The notes beneath the pieces are model-generated. The model was not told where the DNA came from, did no database searches, and saw only the letters and a program-made list of their open reading frames with translations. A program made the position numbers and the translations under genes. Shown in pieces: positions 37,401 through 52,400 of a DNA stretch of 64,000 bases. The stretch comes from Eledone cirrhosa (taxonomy: Eukaryota): contig OZ024740.1 in the NCBI GenBank assembly GCA_964016885.1, positions 432,388,001 to 432,452,000 of the forward strand. The letters run 5' to 3'. Positions within the stretch are counted from its first letter, which is position 1. Each line of letters starts with the position of its first letter.

Positions 37401-40400
37401 TTCCCCACTGGCATGGGTTGGATAGGTTGTCACATTCCAAGTCGAGACTTTCTCCACTGGCATGGGTTGGACAGGTTGTCATATTCCAAGACCACACTTT
37501 CCCCACTGGCATGGGTTGGACAGGTTGTTACATTCCAAGACCACACTTTCCCCACTGGCATGGGTTGGACAGGTTGTCACATTCCAAGACCACACTTTCC
37601 CCACTGGCATGGGTTGGACAGATTGTCACATTCCAAGACCACACTTTCCCCACTGTCATGGGTTGGACAGGTTGTCACATTCCAAAACCAGACTTTCCCC
37701 ACTGGCATGGGTTGGACAGGTTGTCACATCCCAAGACCACAATTTCCCCACTGGCATGAGTTTGACAGGTTGTCACATTCCAAAACAGACTTTCCCCACT
37801 GGCTTCGGTTGGACAGGTTGTCACATTCCAAGAGCAGACTTTCCTCACTAGCATGGGTTGGACAGGTTGTCACCTTTCAAGACCACACTATCCCCACGTT
37901 TATGGGTTGGACATGTTGTCACATTCCAAGACCAGACTTTCTCCACTGCCATGGGTTGGACAGGTTGTCACATTCCAGGAGCACATTTTCCACACTGACA
38001 TGGGTTGGATAGGTTGTCACATTCCAAGACTAGACTATCCTCACTGGCATGGGTTGGACAGGTTATCACATTCCAAGACCAGACTTTCCCCATTGGCATA
38101 GGTTGGACAGGTTGTCACATTCAAAGACCACACTTTCCCCACTGACATGGGTTGGACAGGTTGTCACATTTCAAGATCACACTTTCCCCACTGGCATGGG
38201 TTGGACAGGTTGTCACATTCCAAGACCAGACTTTCCCCACTGGCATGGGTTGGACAGGTTCTCACAATCCAAGATCACACTTTCCCCACTGGCATGGTCT
38301 GGACAGGTTGTCACATTCCAAGACCACACTTTCCCCACTGGCATAGGTTGGACAGGTTGTCACATTCCAAGACCACACTTTCCCCACTGGCATGAGTTGG
38401 AGAGGTTGTCACATTCCAAGACCAGACTTTCCCCACTGGCATGAGTTGGACAGGTTGTCACATTCCAAGACCACACTTTCCCTACTGACATGGGTTGGAC
38501 AGGTTGTCACATTCCAAGACGAGACTTTCTCCACTGGCATGGGTTGGACAGGTTGTCACATTCCAAGACCACACTTTCCACACTGACATGGGTTGGATAG
38601 GTTGTCACATTCCAAGACTAGACTATCCTCATTGGCATGGGTTGGACAGGTTATCACATTCCAAGACCAGACTTTCCCCATTGGCAAAGGTTGGACAGGT
38701 TGTCACATTCAAAGACCACACTTTCCCCACTGGCTTGGGTTGGACAGGATGTCACCTTCCAAAACCAGACTTTCCCCACTGGCATGGGTTGGACAGGTTG
38801 TCACGTTCCAAGACCACATTTTCTCCACTGGCATGGGTTGGACAGGTTGTCACATTCCGAGATCACACTTTCGCCACTGGCATGGGTTGGACAGGTTGTC
38901 ACATTCCAAGACCAGACTTTCACCACTGGCATGGGTTGGAGAGGTTGTCACTTTCCAAGACCACACTTTTCCCACTGGCATGGGTTGGAGAGGTTGTCTC
39001 ATTCCAAGACCACACTTTCCCCACTGGCATGGGTTGGAGAGGTTGTCACATTCCAAGTCAAGACTTTCTCCACTGGCATGGGTTGGACAGGTTGTCATAT
39101 TCCAAGACCAGACTTTCCCCACTGGCTTCGGTTGGACAGGTTGTCACATTCCAATACCACACTTTCCCCACTGGCATGGGTTGGACAGGTTGTCACATTC
39201 CAACACCACACTTTCCCCACTCGCATGGGTTGGACAGGTTGTCACATTCCAAGTCGAGACTTTCTCCACTGGCATGGGTTGGACAGGTTGTCATATTCCA
39301 AGACCACACTTTCCCCGCTGGCATGGGTTGGACAAGTTGTTACATTCAAAGACCACACTTTCTCCACTGGCATGGGTTGGACAGGTTGTCATATTCCAAG
39401 ACCACACTTTCCCCACTGGCATGGGTTGGACAGGTTGTCACATTCCAAGACCACACTTTCCCCGCTGGCATGGGTTGGAGAGGTTGTCACATTCCAAGAC
39501 CAGACTTTCCACACTGGCATGGGTTGGACAGGTTGTCACATTCCAAGACCACACTTTCCCCGCTGGCATGGGTTGGAGAGGTTGTCACATTCCCAGACCA
39601 CACTTTCCCCACTGGCATGGGTTGGACAGGTTGTCACATTCCAAGACCACACTTTCCCCGCTGGCATGGGTTGGAGAGGTTGTCACATTCCCAGACCACA
39701 CTTTCCCCACTGGCATGGGTTGGACAGGTTGTCACATTCCAAGACCACACTTTCCCCGCTGGCATGGGTTGGAGAGGTTGTCACATTCCAAGACCACACT
39801 TTCCCCACTGGCATGGGTTGGACAGGTTGTCACATTCAAAGACCACACTTTCCCCACTGTCTTGGGTTGGACAGGTTGTCACCTTCCAAAACCAGACTTT
39901 CCCCACTGGCATGGGTTGGACAGGTTGTCACGTTCCAAGACCACATTTTCTCCACTGGCATGGGTTGGACAGGTTGTCACATTCCAAGACCACACTTTCT
40001 CCACTGGCATGGGTTGGACAGATTGTCACATTCCAAGACCACACTTTCCCCACTGGCATGGGTTGGAGAGGTTGTCACATCCCAAGACCCCAATTTCCCC
40101 ACTGGCATGAGTTTGACAGGTTGTCACATTCCAAAACAGACTTTCCCCACTGGCTTCGGTTGGACAGGTTGTCACATTCCAAGACCAGACTTTCCTCACT
40201 AGCATGGGTTGGACAGGTTGTCACCTTCCAAGACCACACTTTCCCCACTAACATGGGTTGGACAGGTTGTCACATTCCAAGACCACACTTTCCCCGCCGG
40301 CATGGGTTGGAGAGGTTGTCACATTCCAAGACCAGACTTTCCACACAAGCATGGGTTGGACAGGTTGTCACATTCCAAGACCAGACTTTCCCCACTGTTA

Positions 40401-43400
40401 TGGGTTGGACAAGTTGTCACATTCTAAAACCACACTTTCCCCAGTAGCATGGGTTGGAGAGGTTGTCATATTCCAAGACCAGACTTTCCCCACTAGCATG
40501 GATTGGACAGGTTGTCACATTCCAAGACCACACTTTCCCCACTGGCTTCGGTTGCACAGGTTGTCACATTCCAAGGTCAGACTTTCCCCACTGACATGGG
40601 TTGGATAGGTTGTCACATTCCAAGACGAGACTTTTTCCACTGGCATGGGCTGGACAGGTTGTCATATTCCAAGACCAGACTTTCCCCACTGGCTTCAGTT
40701 GGACAGATTGTCACATTCCAAGACCACACTTTCCCCAAGTTTATGGGTTGGACATGTTGTCACATTCCAAGACCAGACTTTCTCCACTGGCATGGGTTGG
40801 ACAGGTAGTCACATTCCAGGAGCACATTTTCCATACTGGCATGGGTTGGAGAGGTTGTCACCTTCCAAGACCACACTTTCCCCACTGGCTTCAGTTGGAC
40901 AGATTGTCACATTCCAAGACCACACTTTCCCCAAGTTTATGGGTTGGACATGTTGTCACATTCCAAGACCAGACTTTCTCCACTGCCATGGGTTGGACAG
41001 GTTGTCACATTCCAGGAGCACATTTTCCCCACTGGAATGCGTTGGACAGGTTGTCACATTCCAAGACCACACTTTCCCCACTGGCTTCGGTTGGACAGGT
41101 TGTCACATTCCAAGACCAGACTTTCTCCACTGGCATGGGTTGGACAGGTTGTCATATTCCAAGATCAAATTTTCCCCACTGGCATGGGTTGGACAGGTTG
41201 TCACATTCCAAGACCAGACTTTCCCCACTGGCATGGGTTGGAGAGGTTGTCACATTCCAAGTCAAGACTTTCTCCACTGGCATGGGTTGGACAGGTTGTC
41301 ATATTCCAAGACCAGACTTTCCCCACTGGCTTCGGTTGGACAGGTTGTCACATTCCAATACCACACTTTCCCCACTGGCATGGGTTGGACAGGTTGTCAC
41401 ATTCCAACACCACACTTTCCCCACTCGCATGGGTTGGACAGGTTGTCACATTCCAAGTCGAGACTTTCTCCACTGGCATGGGTTGGACAGGTTGTCATAT
41501 TCCAAGACCACACTTTCCCCGCTGGCATGGGTTGGACAAGTTGTTACATTCAAAGACCACACTTTCTCCACTGGCATGGGTTGGACAGGTTGTCATATTC
41601 CAAGACCACACTTTCCCCACTGGCATGGGTTGGACAGGTTGTCACATTCCAAGACCACACTTTCCCCGCTGGCATGGGTTGGAGAGGTTGTCACATTCCA
41701 AGACCAGACTTTCCACACTGGCATGGGTTGGACAGGTTGTCACATTCCAAGACCACACTTTCCCCGCTGGCATGGGTTGGAGAGGTTGTCACATTCCCAG
41801 ACCACACTTTCCCCACTGGCATGGGTTGGACAGGTTGTCACATTCCAAGACCACACTTTCCCCGCTGGCATGGGTTGGAGAGGTTGTCACATTCCCAGAC
41901 CACACTTTCCCCACTGGCATGGGTTGGACAGGTTGTCACATTCCAAGACCACACTTTCCCCGCTGGCATGGGTTGGAGAGGTTGTCACATTCCAAGACCA
42001 CACTTTCCCCACTGGCATGGGTTGGACAGGTTGTCACATTCAAAGACCACACTTTCCCCACTGTCTTGGGTTGGACAGGTTGTCACCTTCCAAAACCAGA
42101 CTTTCCCCACTGGCATGGGTTGGACAGGTTGTCACGTTCCAAGACCACATTTTCTCCACTGGCATGGGTTGGACAGGTTGTCACATTCCAAGACCACACT
42201 TTCTCCACTGGCATGGGTTGGACAGATTGTCACATTCCAAGACCACACTTTCCCCACTGGCATGGGTTGGAGAGGTTGTCACATCCCAAGACCCCAATTT
42301 CCCCACTGGCATGAGTTTGACAGGTTGTCACATTCCAAAACAGACTTTCCCCACTGGCTTCGGTTGGACAGGTTGTCACATTCCAAGACCAGACTTTCCT
42401 CACTAGCATGGGTTGGACAGGTTGTCACCTTCCAAGACCACACTTTCCCCACTAACATGGGTTGGACAGGTTGTCACATTCCAAGACCACACTTTCCCCG
42501 CCGGCATGGGTTGGAGAGGTTGTCACATTCCAAGACCAGACTTTCCACACAAGCATGGGTTGGACAGGTTGTCACATTCCAAGACCAGACTTTCCCCACT
42601 GTTATGGGTTGGACAAGTTGTCACATTCTAAAACCACACTTTCCCCAGTAGCATGGGTTGGAGAGGTTGTCATATTCCAAGACCAGACTTTCCCCACTAG
42701 CATGGATTGGACAGGTTGTCACATTCCAAGACCACACTTTCCCCACTGGCTTCGGTTGCACAGGTTGTCACATTCCAAGGTCAGACTTTCCCCACTGACA
42801 TGGGTTGGATAGGTTGTCACATTCCAAGACGAGACTTTTTCCACTGGCATGGGCTGGACAGGTTGTCATATTCCAAGACCAGACTTTCCCCACTGGCTTC
42901 AGTTGGACAGATTGTCACATTCCAAGACCACACTTTCCCCAAGTTTATGGGTTGGACATGTTGTCACATTCCAAGACCAGACTTTCTCCACTGGCATGGG
43001 TTGGACAGGTAGTCACATTCCAGGAGCACATTTTCCATACTGGCATGGGTTGGAGAGGTTGTCACCTTCCAAGACCACACTTTCCCCACTGGCTTCAGTT
43101 GGACAGATTGTCACATTCCAAGACCACACTTTCCCCAAGTTTATGGGTTGGACATGTTGTCACATTCCAAGACCAGACTTTCTCCACTGCCATGGGTTGG
43201 ACAGGTTGTCACATTCCAGGAGCACATTTTCCCCACTGGAATGCGTTGGACAGGTTGTCACATTCCAAGACCACACTTTCCCCACTGGCTTCGGTTGGAC
43301 AGGTTGTCACATTCCAAGACCAGACTTTCTCCACTGGCATGGGTTGGACAGGTTGTCATATTCCAAGATCAAATTTTCCCCACTGGCATGGGTTGGACAG

Positions 43401-46400
43401 GTTGTCACATTCCAAGACCAGACTTTCCCCACTGGCATGGGTTGGACAGGTTGTCACATTCCAAGACCAGACTTTCCCCACTGGCTTCAGTTGGACAGAT
43501 TGTCACATTCCAAGACCACACTTTCCCCACTGGCATGGTTTGGACAGGTTGTCACATTCCAAGACCACACTTTCCCCACGTTTATGGGTTGGACATGTTG
43601 TCACATTCCAAGACCAGACTTTCCACACTGGCATGGGTTGGAGAGGTTGTCACGTTCCAGGACCACATTTCAATACTGGCATGGGTTGGAGAGGTTGTCA
43701 CCTTCCAAGACCACACTTTCCCCACTGGCATGGGTTGTACAGGTTGTCACTTCCAAGACCAGACTTTCCCCACTGGCATGGGTTGGAGAGGTTGTCACGT
43801 TCCAAGACCAGACTTTCCCCACTGGCATGGGTTGGACAGGTTGTCACATTCCAAGACCAGACTTTCCCCACTGGCTTCAGTTGGACAGATTGTCACATTC
43901 CAAGACCACACTTTCCCCACGTTTATGGGTTGGACATGTTGTCACATTCCAAGACCAGACTTTCCACACTGGCATGGGTTGGAGAGGTTGTCACGTTCCA
44001 GGACCACATTTCAATACTGGCATGGGTTGGAGAGGTTGTCACCTTACAAGACCACACTTTCCCCACTGGCATGGGTTGTACAGGTTGTCACTTCCAAGAC
44101 CAGACTTTCCCCACTGGCATGGGTTGGAGAGGTTGTCACATTCCAAGACCAGACTTTCCCCACTGGCATAGGCTGGACAGGTTGTCACATTCCAGGACCA
44201 CATTTTCCATTCTGGCATGGGTTGGAGAGGTTGTCACGTTCCAAGACCACACTTTCCCCACTGGCATGGGTTGGACAGGTTGTCACATTCCAAGACCAGA
44301 CTTTCCCCACTAGCATGGGTTGGACACGTTGTCACATTCCAAGACCACCCTTTCCCACTGGTATGGGATGGACAGGTTGTCACATTCCAAGACCACACTT
44401 TCCCCACTGTCATCGGTTGGTCAGGTTGTTACATTCCAAGACCAGACTTTCCCCACTGGCATGGGTTGGACAGGTTGACACATTCCAAGACCAAACTTTC
44501 CCCACTAGCTTCGGTTAGACAGATTGTCACATTCCAAGACCACACTTTCCCCACGGTTATGGGTTGGACATTTTGTCACATTCCAAGACCAGACTTTCTC
44601 CACTGGCATGGGTTGGACAGGTTGTCACATTCCAGGACCACATTTTCCATACTGGCATGGGTTGGAGAGGTTATCACGTTCCAAGACTACACTTTCCCCA
44701 CTGGCATGGACTTGACAGGTTGTCACATTCCAAGACCAGACTTTCCCCACTGGCATGGGTTGGACATGTCGCATTCCAAGACCAGACTTTCCCCACTGGG
44801 ATGGGTTGGACAGGTTGTCACATTCGAAGACCAGACTTTCCACACAGGCATGGGTTGGACAGGTTGTCACATTCCAAGACCAGACTTTCCACACAGGCAT
44901 GGGTTGGACAGGTTGTCACATTCCAAGATGACACTTTCTCCACTGGCATGGGTTGGACAGGTTGTAACATACCAAGACCACACTTTCCCCCACTGGCATG
45001 GGTTGGACAGGTTGTTACATTCCAAGACCAGACTTTGCCCACTGTCATGGGTTGGACAGGTTGTTACATTCCAAGACCAGACTTTCCCCACTGGCATGGG
45101 TTGGAAAGGTTGTCACATTCCAAGACCAGACTTTCCCCACTGGCATGGGTTGGACAGGTTGTCACATTCCAAGACCAGACTTTCCCCACTGGCATGGGTT
45201 GGACAGATTGTCACATTCCAAGACCAGACTTTCCCCACTGGCACGGGTTGGACAGTTTGTCACATTCCAAGACCAGACTTTCCCCACTGGCACGGGTTGG
45301 ACAGTTTGTCACATTCCAAGACTAGACTTTCCCCACTGGCATGGGTTGGACAGGTTGTTACATTCCAAGACTAGACTTTCCCCACTGGCATGGGTTGGAC
45401 AGGTTGTCACATTCCAAGACCAGACTTTCCCCACTGGCATGGGTTGGACAGGTTGTTACATTCCAAGACCAGACTTTCCCCACTGTCATGGGTTGGACAG
45501 GTTGTTACATTCCAAGACCAGACTTTCCCCACTGGCATGGGTTGGACAGGTTGTCACATTTCAAGACCAGACTTTCCCCACTTGCATGGGTTGGACAGGT
45601 TGTCACATTCCAAGACCAGACTTTCCCCACTGGCACGGGTTCGACAGTTTGTCACATTCCAAGACTAGACTTTCCCCACCGGCATGGGTTGGACAGGTTG
45701 TTACATTCCAAGACTAGACTTTCCCCACTGGCATGGGTTGGACAGGTTGTCACATTCCAAGACCAGACTTTCCCCACTGGCACGGGTTGGACAGGTTGTC
45801 ACCTTCCAAGACCAGACTTTCCCCACTGGCATGGGTTGGACAGGTTGTCACATTCCAAGACCAGACTTTCCCCACTGGCATGGTTTGGACAGGTTGTCAC
45901 ATTCCAAGACCAGACTTTCCCCACTGGCATGGTTTGGACAGGTTGTCACATTCCAAGACCAGACTTTCCCCACTGGCATGGTTTGGACAGGTTGTCACAT
46001 TCCAAGACCAGACTTTCCCCACTGGCATCGTTTGGACAGGTTGTCACATTCCAAGACCAGACTTTCCCCACTGTCATGGGTTGGACAGGTTGTCACATTC
46101 CAAGACCAGACTTTCCCCACTGGCACGGGTTGGACAGTTTGTCACATTCCAAGACTAGACTTTCCCCACTGGCATGGGTTGGACAGGTTGTTACATTCCA
46201 AGACCAGACTTTCCCCACTGGCATGGGTTGGACAGGTTGTCACATTCCAGGACCACATTTTCCATACTGGCATGGGTTGGACATGTTGTCACCTTCCAAA
46301 ACTAGACTTTCCCCACTGGCATGGGTTGGAGAGGTTATCACGTTCCAACACCACACTTTCCCCACTGGCATGGGTTGGACAGGTTGTCACATTCCAAGAC

Positions 46401-49400
46401 CAGACTTTCCCCACTGGCACGGGTTGGACAGGTTGTCACATTCCAAGACCAGACTTTCCCCACTGGCACGGGTTGGACAGGTTGTCACATTCCAAGACCA
46501 GACTTTCCTCACTGGCATGGGTTGGACAGGTTGTCACCTTCCAAGACCACACTTTCCCCACTGTCATGGGTTGGAGAGGTTGTCACCTTCCAAGACCAGA
46601 CTTTCCCCACTGTCATGGGTTGGAGAGGTTGTCACATTCCAAGACCAGACTTTCCCCACTGGCATGGGTTGGACAGGTTGTCACCTTCCAAGACCAGACT
46701 TTCCCCACTGTCATGGGTTGGAGAGGTTGTCACCTTCCAAGACCAGACTTTGCCCACTGTCATGGGTTGGAGAGGTTGTCACATTCCAAGACCAGACTTT
46801 CCCCACTGGCATGGGTTGGACAGGTTGTCACATTCCAAGACCAGACTTTCCCCACTGGCACGGGTTGGACAGGTTGTCACATTCCAAGACCAGACTTTCC
46901 CCACTGGCACGGGTTGGACAGGTTGTCACATTCCAAGACCAGACTTTCCTCACTGGCATGGGTTGGACAGGTTGTCACCTTCCAAGACCAGACTTTCCCC
47001 ACTGTCATGGGTTGGAGAGGTTGTCACCTTCCAAGACCAGACTTTCCCCACTGTCATGGGTTGGAGAGGTTGTCACATTCCAAGACCAGACTTTCCCCAC
47101 TGGCACGGGTTGGACAGGTTGTCACCTTCCAAGACCAGACTTTCCCGACTGTCATGGGTTGGAGAGGTTGTCACCTTCTAAGACCACACTTTCCACACTG
47201 GCTTGGGTTGGACAGGTTGTCACATTCCAAGACCAGACTTTCCCCACTGTCATGGGTTGGAGAGGTTGTCACCTTCCAAGACCAGACTTTCCCCACTGGC
47301 ACGGGTTGGACAGGTTTTCACCTTCCAAGACCAGACTTTCCCCACTGTCATGGGTTGGACAGGTTGTCACATTCCAAGACCAGACTTTCCACACTGGCTT
47401 GGGTTGGACAGGTTGTCACATTCCAAGACCAGACTTTCCCCACTGTCATGGGTTGGACAGGTTGTCACCTTCCAAGACCAGACTTTCCCCACTGTCATGG
47501 GTTGGAGAGGTTGTCACCTTCCAAGACCACATTTTCCACACTGGCATGGGTTGGAGAGGTTGTCACCTTCTAAGACCACACTTTCCACACTGGCATGGAT
47601 TGGAAAGGTTGTCACATTCCAAGACCACACTTTCCCCACTGGCATGGGTCGGTCAGGTTGTCACATTCCAAGACCACACTTTCCCCACTGGCATGGGTTG
47701 GACAGGTTGTCACCTTCCAGGACCACATTTACCATACTGGCATGGGTTGGAGAGGTTGTCACGTTCCAAGACCACACTTTCCCCACTGGCATGGGCTGGA
47801 CAGGTTGTCACATTCCAAGTCCAGACTTTCCCCACTGGCATGGGTTGGACATGTCACATTCCAAGACCAGACTTTCCCCACTGGCATGGGTTGGACAGGT
47901 TGTCACATTCGAAGACCAGACTTTCCACACAGGCATGGGTTGGACAGGTTGTCACATTCCAAGATGAGACTTTCTCCACCGGCATGGGTTGGACAGGTTG
48001 TCATATTCCAAGACCAAACTTTTCCCACTGGCATGAGATGGACAGGTTGTCATATTCCAAGACCAGACTTTCCCCACTGGCATGGGTTGGACATGTCACA
48101 TTCCAAGACCACACTTTCCCCACTGTCATGGGTTGAACAGGTTGTTACATTCCAAGACCAGACTTTCCCCACTGGCATGGGTTGGACAGGTTGTAACATT
48201 CCAAGACCACACTTTCCCCCACTGGCATGGGTTGGACAGGTTGTCACATTCCAAGACCAGACTTTCCCCACTGGCTTTGGTTGGACAGATTGTCACATTC
48301 CCAGACCACACTTTCCCCACTGTCATGGGTTGGACAGGTTGTTACATTCCAAGACCAGACTTTCCACACTGGCATGGGTTGGAGAGGTTGTCACATTCCA
48401 AGACCAGACTTTCCCCACTGGCATGTGTTGGACAGGTTGTCACATTCCAAGACCAGACTTTCCCCACTGGCATGGGTCGGTCAGGTTGTCACATTCCAAG
48501 ACCACACTTTCCCCACGGTTATGGGTTGGACATGTTGTCACATTCCAAGACCACACTATCCCCACTGGCATGGGTTTGGACAGGTTGTCACATTCCAAGA
48601 CCAGACTTTTCCCACTGGCATGGGATGGACAGGTTGTCATATTCCAAGCCCAGACTTTTCCCACTGGCATGGGATGGACAGGTTGTCACATTCCAAGACC
48701 AGACTTTTCCCACTGGCATGGGATGGACAGGTTGTCATATTCCAAGACCAAACTTTTCCCACTGGCATGGGATGGACAGGTTGTCATATTCCAAGACCAG
48801 ACTTTCCCCACTGGCATGGGTTGGACATGTCACATTCCAAGACCACAGTTTCCCCACTGTCATGGGTTGGACAGGTTGTTACATTCCAAGACCAGACTTT
48901 CCCCACTGGCATGGGTTGGACAGGTTGTAACATTCCAAGACCACACTTTCCACACTGGCATGGGATGGACAGGTTGTCACATTCCAAGACCAGACTTTTC
49001 CCACTGGCATGGGTTGGACATGTAACATTCCAAGACCACACTTTCCACACTGGCATGGGATGGACAGGTTGTAACATTCCAAGACCACACTTTCCACACT
49101 GGCATGGGATGGACAGGTTGTCATATTCCAAGACCAAACTTTTCCCACTGGCATGGGATGGACAGGTTGTCATATTCCAAGACCAGACTTTCCCCACTGG
49201 CATGGGTTGGACATGTCACATTCCAAGACCACAGTTTCCCCACTGGCATGGGTTGGAAAGGTTGTCACATTCCAAGACCAGACTTTCCCCACTAGCATGG
49301 GTTGGACAGGTTGTCACATTCCAAGACCAGACTTTCCCCACTGGCATGGGTTGGACAGTGTGTCATATTCCAAGACCAGACTTTCCCCACTGGCATGGGT

Positions 49401-52400
49401 TGGACAGGTTGTCACATTCCAAGACCAGACTTTACCCACTGGCATGGATTGGACAGGTTGTCACATTCCAAGACCAGACTTTCCCCACTGACATGGGTTG
49501 GACAGGTTGTCACATTCCAAGACCAGACTTTCCCCACTGGCATGGGTCGGTCAGGTTGTCACATTCCAAGACCACACTTTCCCCACGGTTATGGGTTGGA
49601 CATTTTGTCACATTCCAAGACCAGACTTTCCCCACTGGCATGGGTTGGACAGGTTGTCACATTCCAAGACCACACTTTCCCCACTGTCATGGGTTGGACA
49701 GGTTGTTACATTCCAAGACCACACTTTCCCCACTGTCATGGGTTGGACAGGTTGTTACATTCCAAGACCAGACTTTCCCCACTGGCATGGTTTGGAGAGG
49801 TTGTCACATTCCAAGACCAGACTTTCCCCACTGGCATGGTTTGGAGAGGTCGTCACATTCCAAGACCAGACTTTCCCCACTGGCTTTGGTTGGACAGATT
49901 GTCATATTCCCAGACCACACTTTCCCCACTGTCATGGGTTGGACAGGTTGTTCCATTCCAAGACCAGACTTTCCCCACTGGCATGGGTTGGACAGTTTGT
50001 CACATTCCAAGACCAGACTTTCCCCACTGGCACGGGTTGGACAGGTTGTTCCATTCCAAGACCAGACTTTCCCCACTGGCACGGGTTGGACAGGTTGTCA
50101 CATTCCAAGACCAGACTTTCCCCACTGACATGGGTTGGACAGGTTGTTACATTCCAAGACCAGACTTTCCCCACTGGCATGGGTTGGTCAGGTTGTCACA
50201 TTCCAAGACCAAATTTCCCCACTGGCATGGGTTGGACAGGTTGTCACATTCCAAGACCACACTTTCCCCACTGGCATGGGTTGGACAGGTTGTCACATTC
50301 CAATTCGAGACTTTCTCCACTGGCATGGGTTGGACAGGTTGTCATATTCCAAGACCACACTTTCCCCGCTGGCATGGGTTGGACAGGTTGTTACATTCAA
50401 AGACCACACTTTCCCCACTGGCATGGGTTGGACAGGTTGTCACATTCCAACACCACACTTTCCCAACTGTCATGGGTTGAACAAGTTGTTACATTCCAAG
50501 ACCAGACTTTCCACATTGGCATAGGTTGGACAGGTTGTCACATTCAAAGACCACACTTTCCCCACTGTCTTGGGTTGGACAGGTTGTCACCTTCCAAAAC
50601 CAGACTATCCTCACTGGCATGGGTTGGACAGGTTATCACATTCCAAGACCAGACTTTCCCCATTGGCATAGGTTGGACAGGTTGTCACATTCAAAGACCA
50701 CAATTTCCCCACTGTCTTGGGTTGGACAGGTTGTCACCTTCCCAAACCAGACTTTCCCCACTGGCATGGGTTGGACAGGTTGTCACGTTCCAAGACCACA
50801 TTTTCTCCACTGGCATGGGTTGGACAGGTTGTCACATTCCAAGACCACACTTTCTCCACTGGCATGGGTTGGACAGATTGTCACATTCCAAGACCACACT
50901 TTCCCCACTGGCATGGGTTGGAGAGGTTGTCACATCCCAAGACCACAATTTCCCCACTGGCATGAGTTTGACAGGTTGTCACATTCCAAAACAGACTTTC
51001 CCCACTGGCTTCGGTTGGACAGGTTGTCACATTCCAAGACCAGACTTTCCTCACTAGCATGGGTTGGACAGGTTGTCACCTTCCAAGACCACACTTTCCC
51101 CACTAGCATGGGTTGGACAGGTTGTCACATTCCAAGACCACACTTTCCCCGCCGGCATGGGTTGGAGAGGTTGTCACATTCCAAGACCAGACTTTCCACA
51201 CAAGCATGGGTTGGACAGGTTGTCACATTCCAAGACCAGACTTTCCCCACTGTTATGGGTTGGACAAGTTGTCACATTCTAAAACCACACTTTCCCCAGT
51301 AGCATGGGTTGGACAGGTTGTCATATTCCAAGACCAAACTTTCCCCACTAGCATGGATTGGACAGGTTGTCACATTCCAAGACCACACTTTCCCCACTGG
51401 CTTCGGTTGGACAGGTTGTCACATTCCAAGGTCAGACTTTCCCCACTAGCATGGGTTGGAGAGGGTGTCACATTCCAAGACGAGACTTTTTCCACTGGCA
51501 TGGGTTGGACAGGTTGTCATATTCCAAGACCAGACTTTCCCCACTGGCTTCAGTTGGACAGATTGTCACATTCCAAGACCACACTTTCCCCACGTTTATG
51601 GGTTGGACATGTTGTCACATTCCAAGACCAGACTTTCCCCACTGGCATGGGTTGGACAGGTAGTCACATTCCAAGACCAGGATTTCCTCACTGGCATGGG
51701 TTGGACAAGTTGTCACATTCTAAGACCACACTTTCCCCACTGGCAATGGTTGGGGAGGTTGTCACATTCCAAGACGAGACTTTCTCCACTGGCATGGGTT
51801 GGACAGGTTGTCACATTCCAAGATGAGACTTTCTCCACTGGCATGGGTTGGACAGGTTGTCATATTCCAAGACCACAGTTTCCCCCACTGGCATGGGTTG
51901 GACAGGTTGTCACATTCCAAGACCACACTTTCCCCAGTGGCTTCGGTTGGACAGATTGTCACATTCCAAGACCACACTTTCCTCACGGTTATGGGTTGGA
52001 CATGTCACATTCCAAGACCAGACTTTCCCCACTGGCATGGGTTGGACAGGTTGTCACATTCCAGGACCACATTTTCAATACTGGCATGGGTTGGAGAGGT
52101 TGTCACATTCCAAGACCACACTTTCCCCCACTGTCATGGGTTGGACAGGTTGTTACATTCCAAGACCAGACTTTCCCCACTGGCATGGGTTGGACAGGTT
52201 GTTACATTCCAAGACCAGACTTTCCCCACTGGCATGGGTTGGACAGGTTGTCACATTCCAAGACCACACTTTCCCCCACTGTCATGGGTTGGACAGGTTG
52301 TTACATTCCAAGACCAGACTTTCCCCACTGGCATGGGTTGGACAGGTTGTCACATTCCAAGACCAGACTTTCGCCACGGTTATGGGCTGGAAATGTTGTC

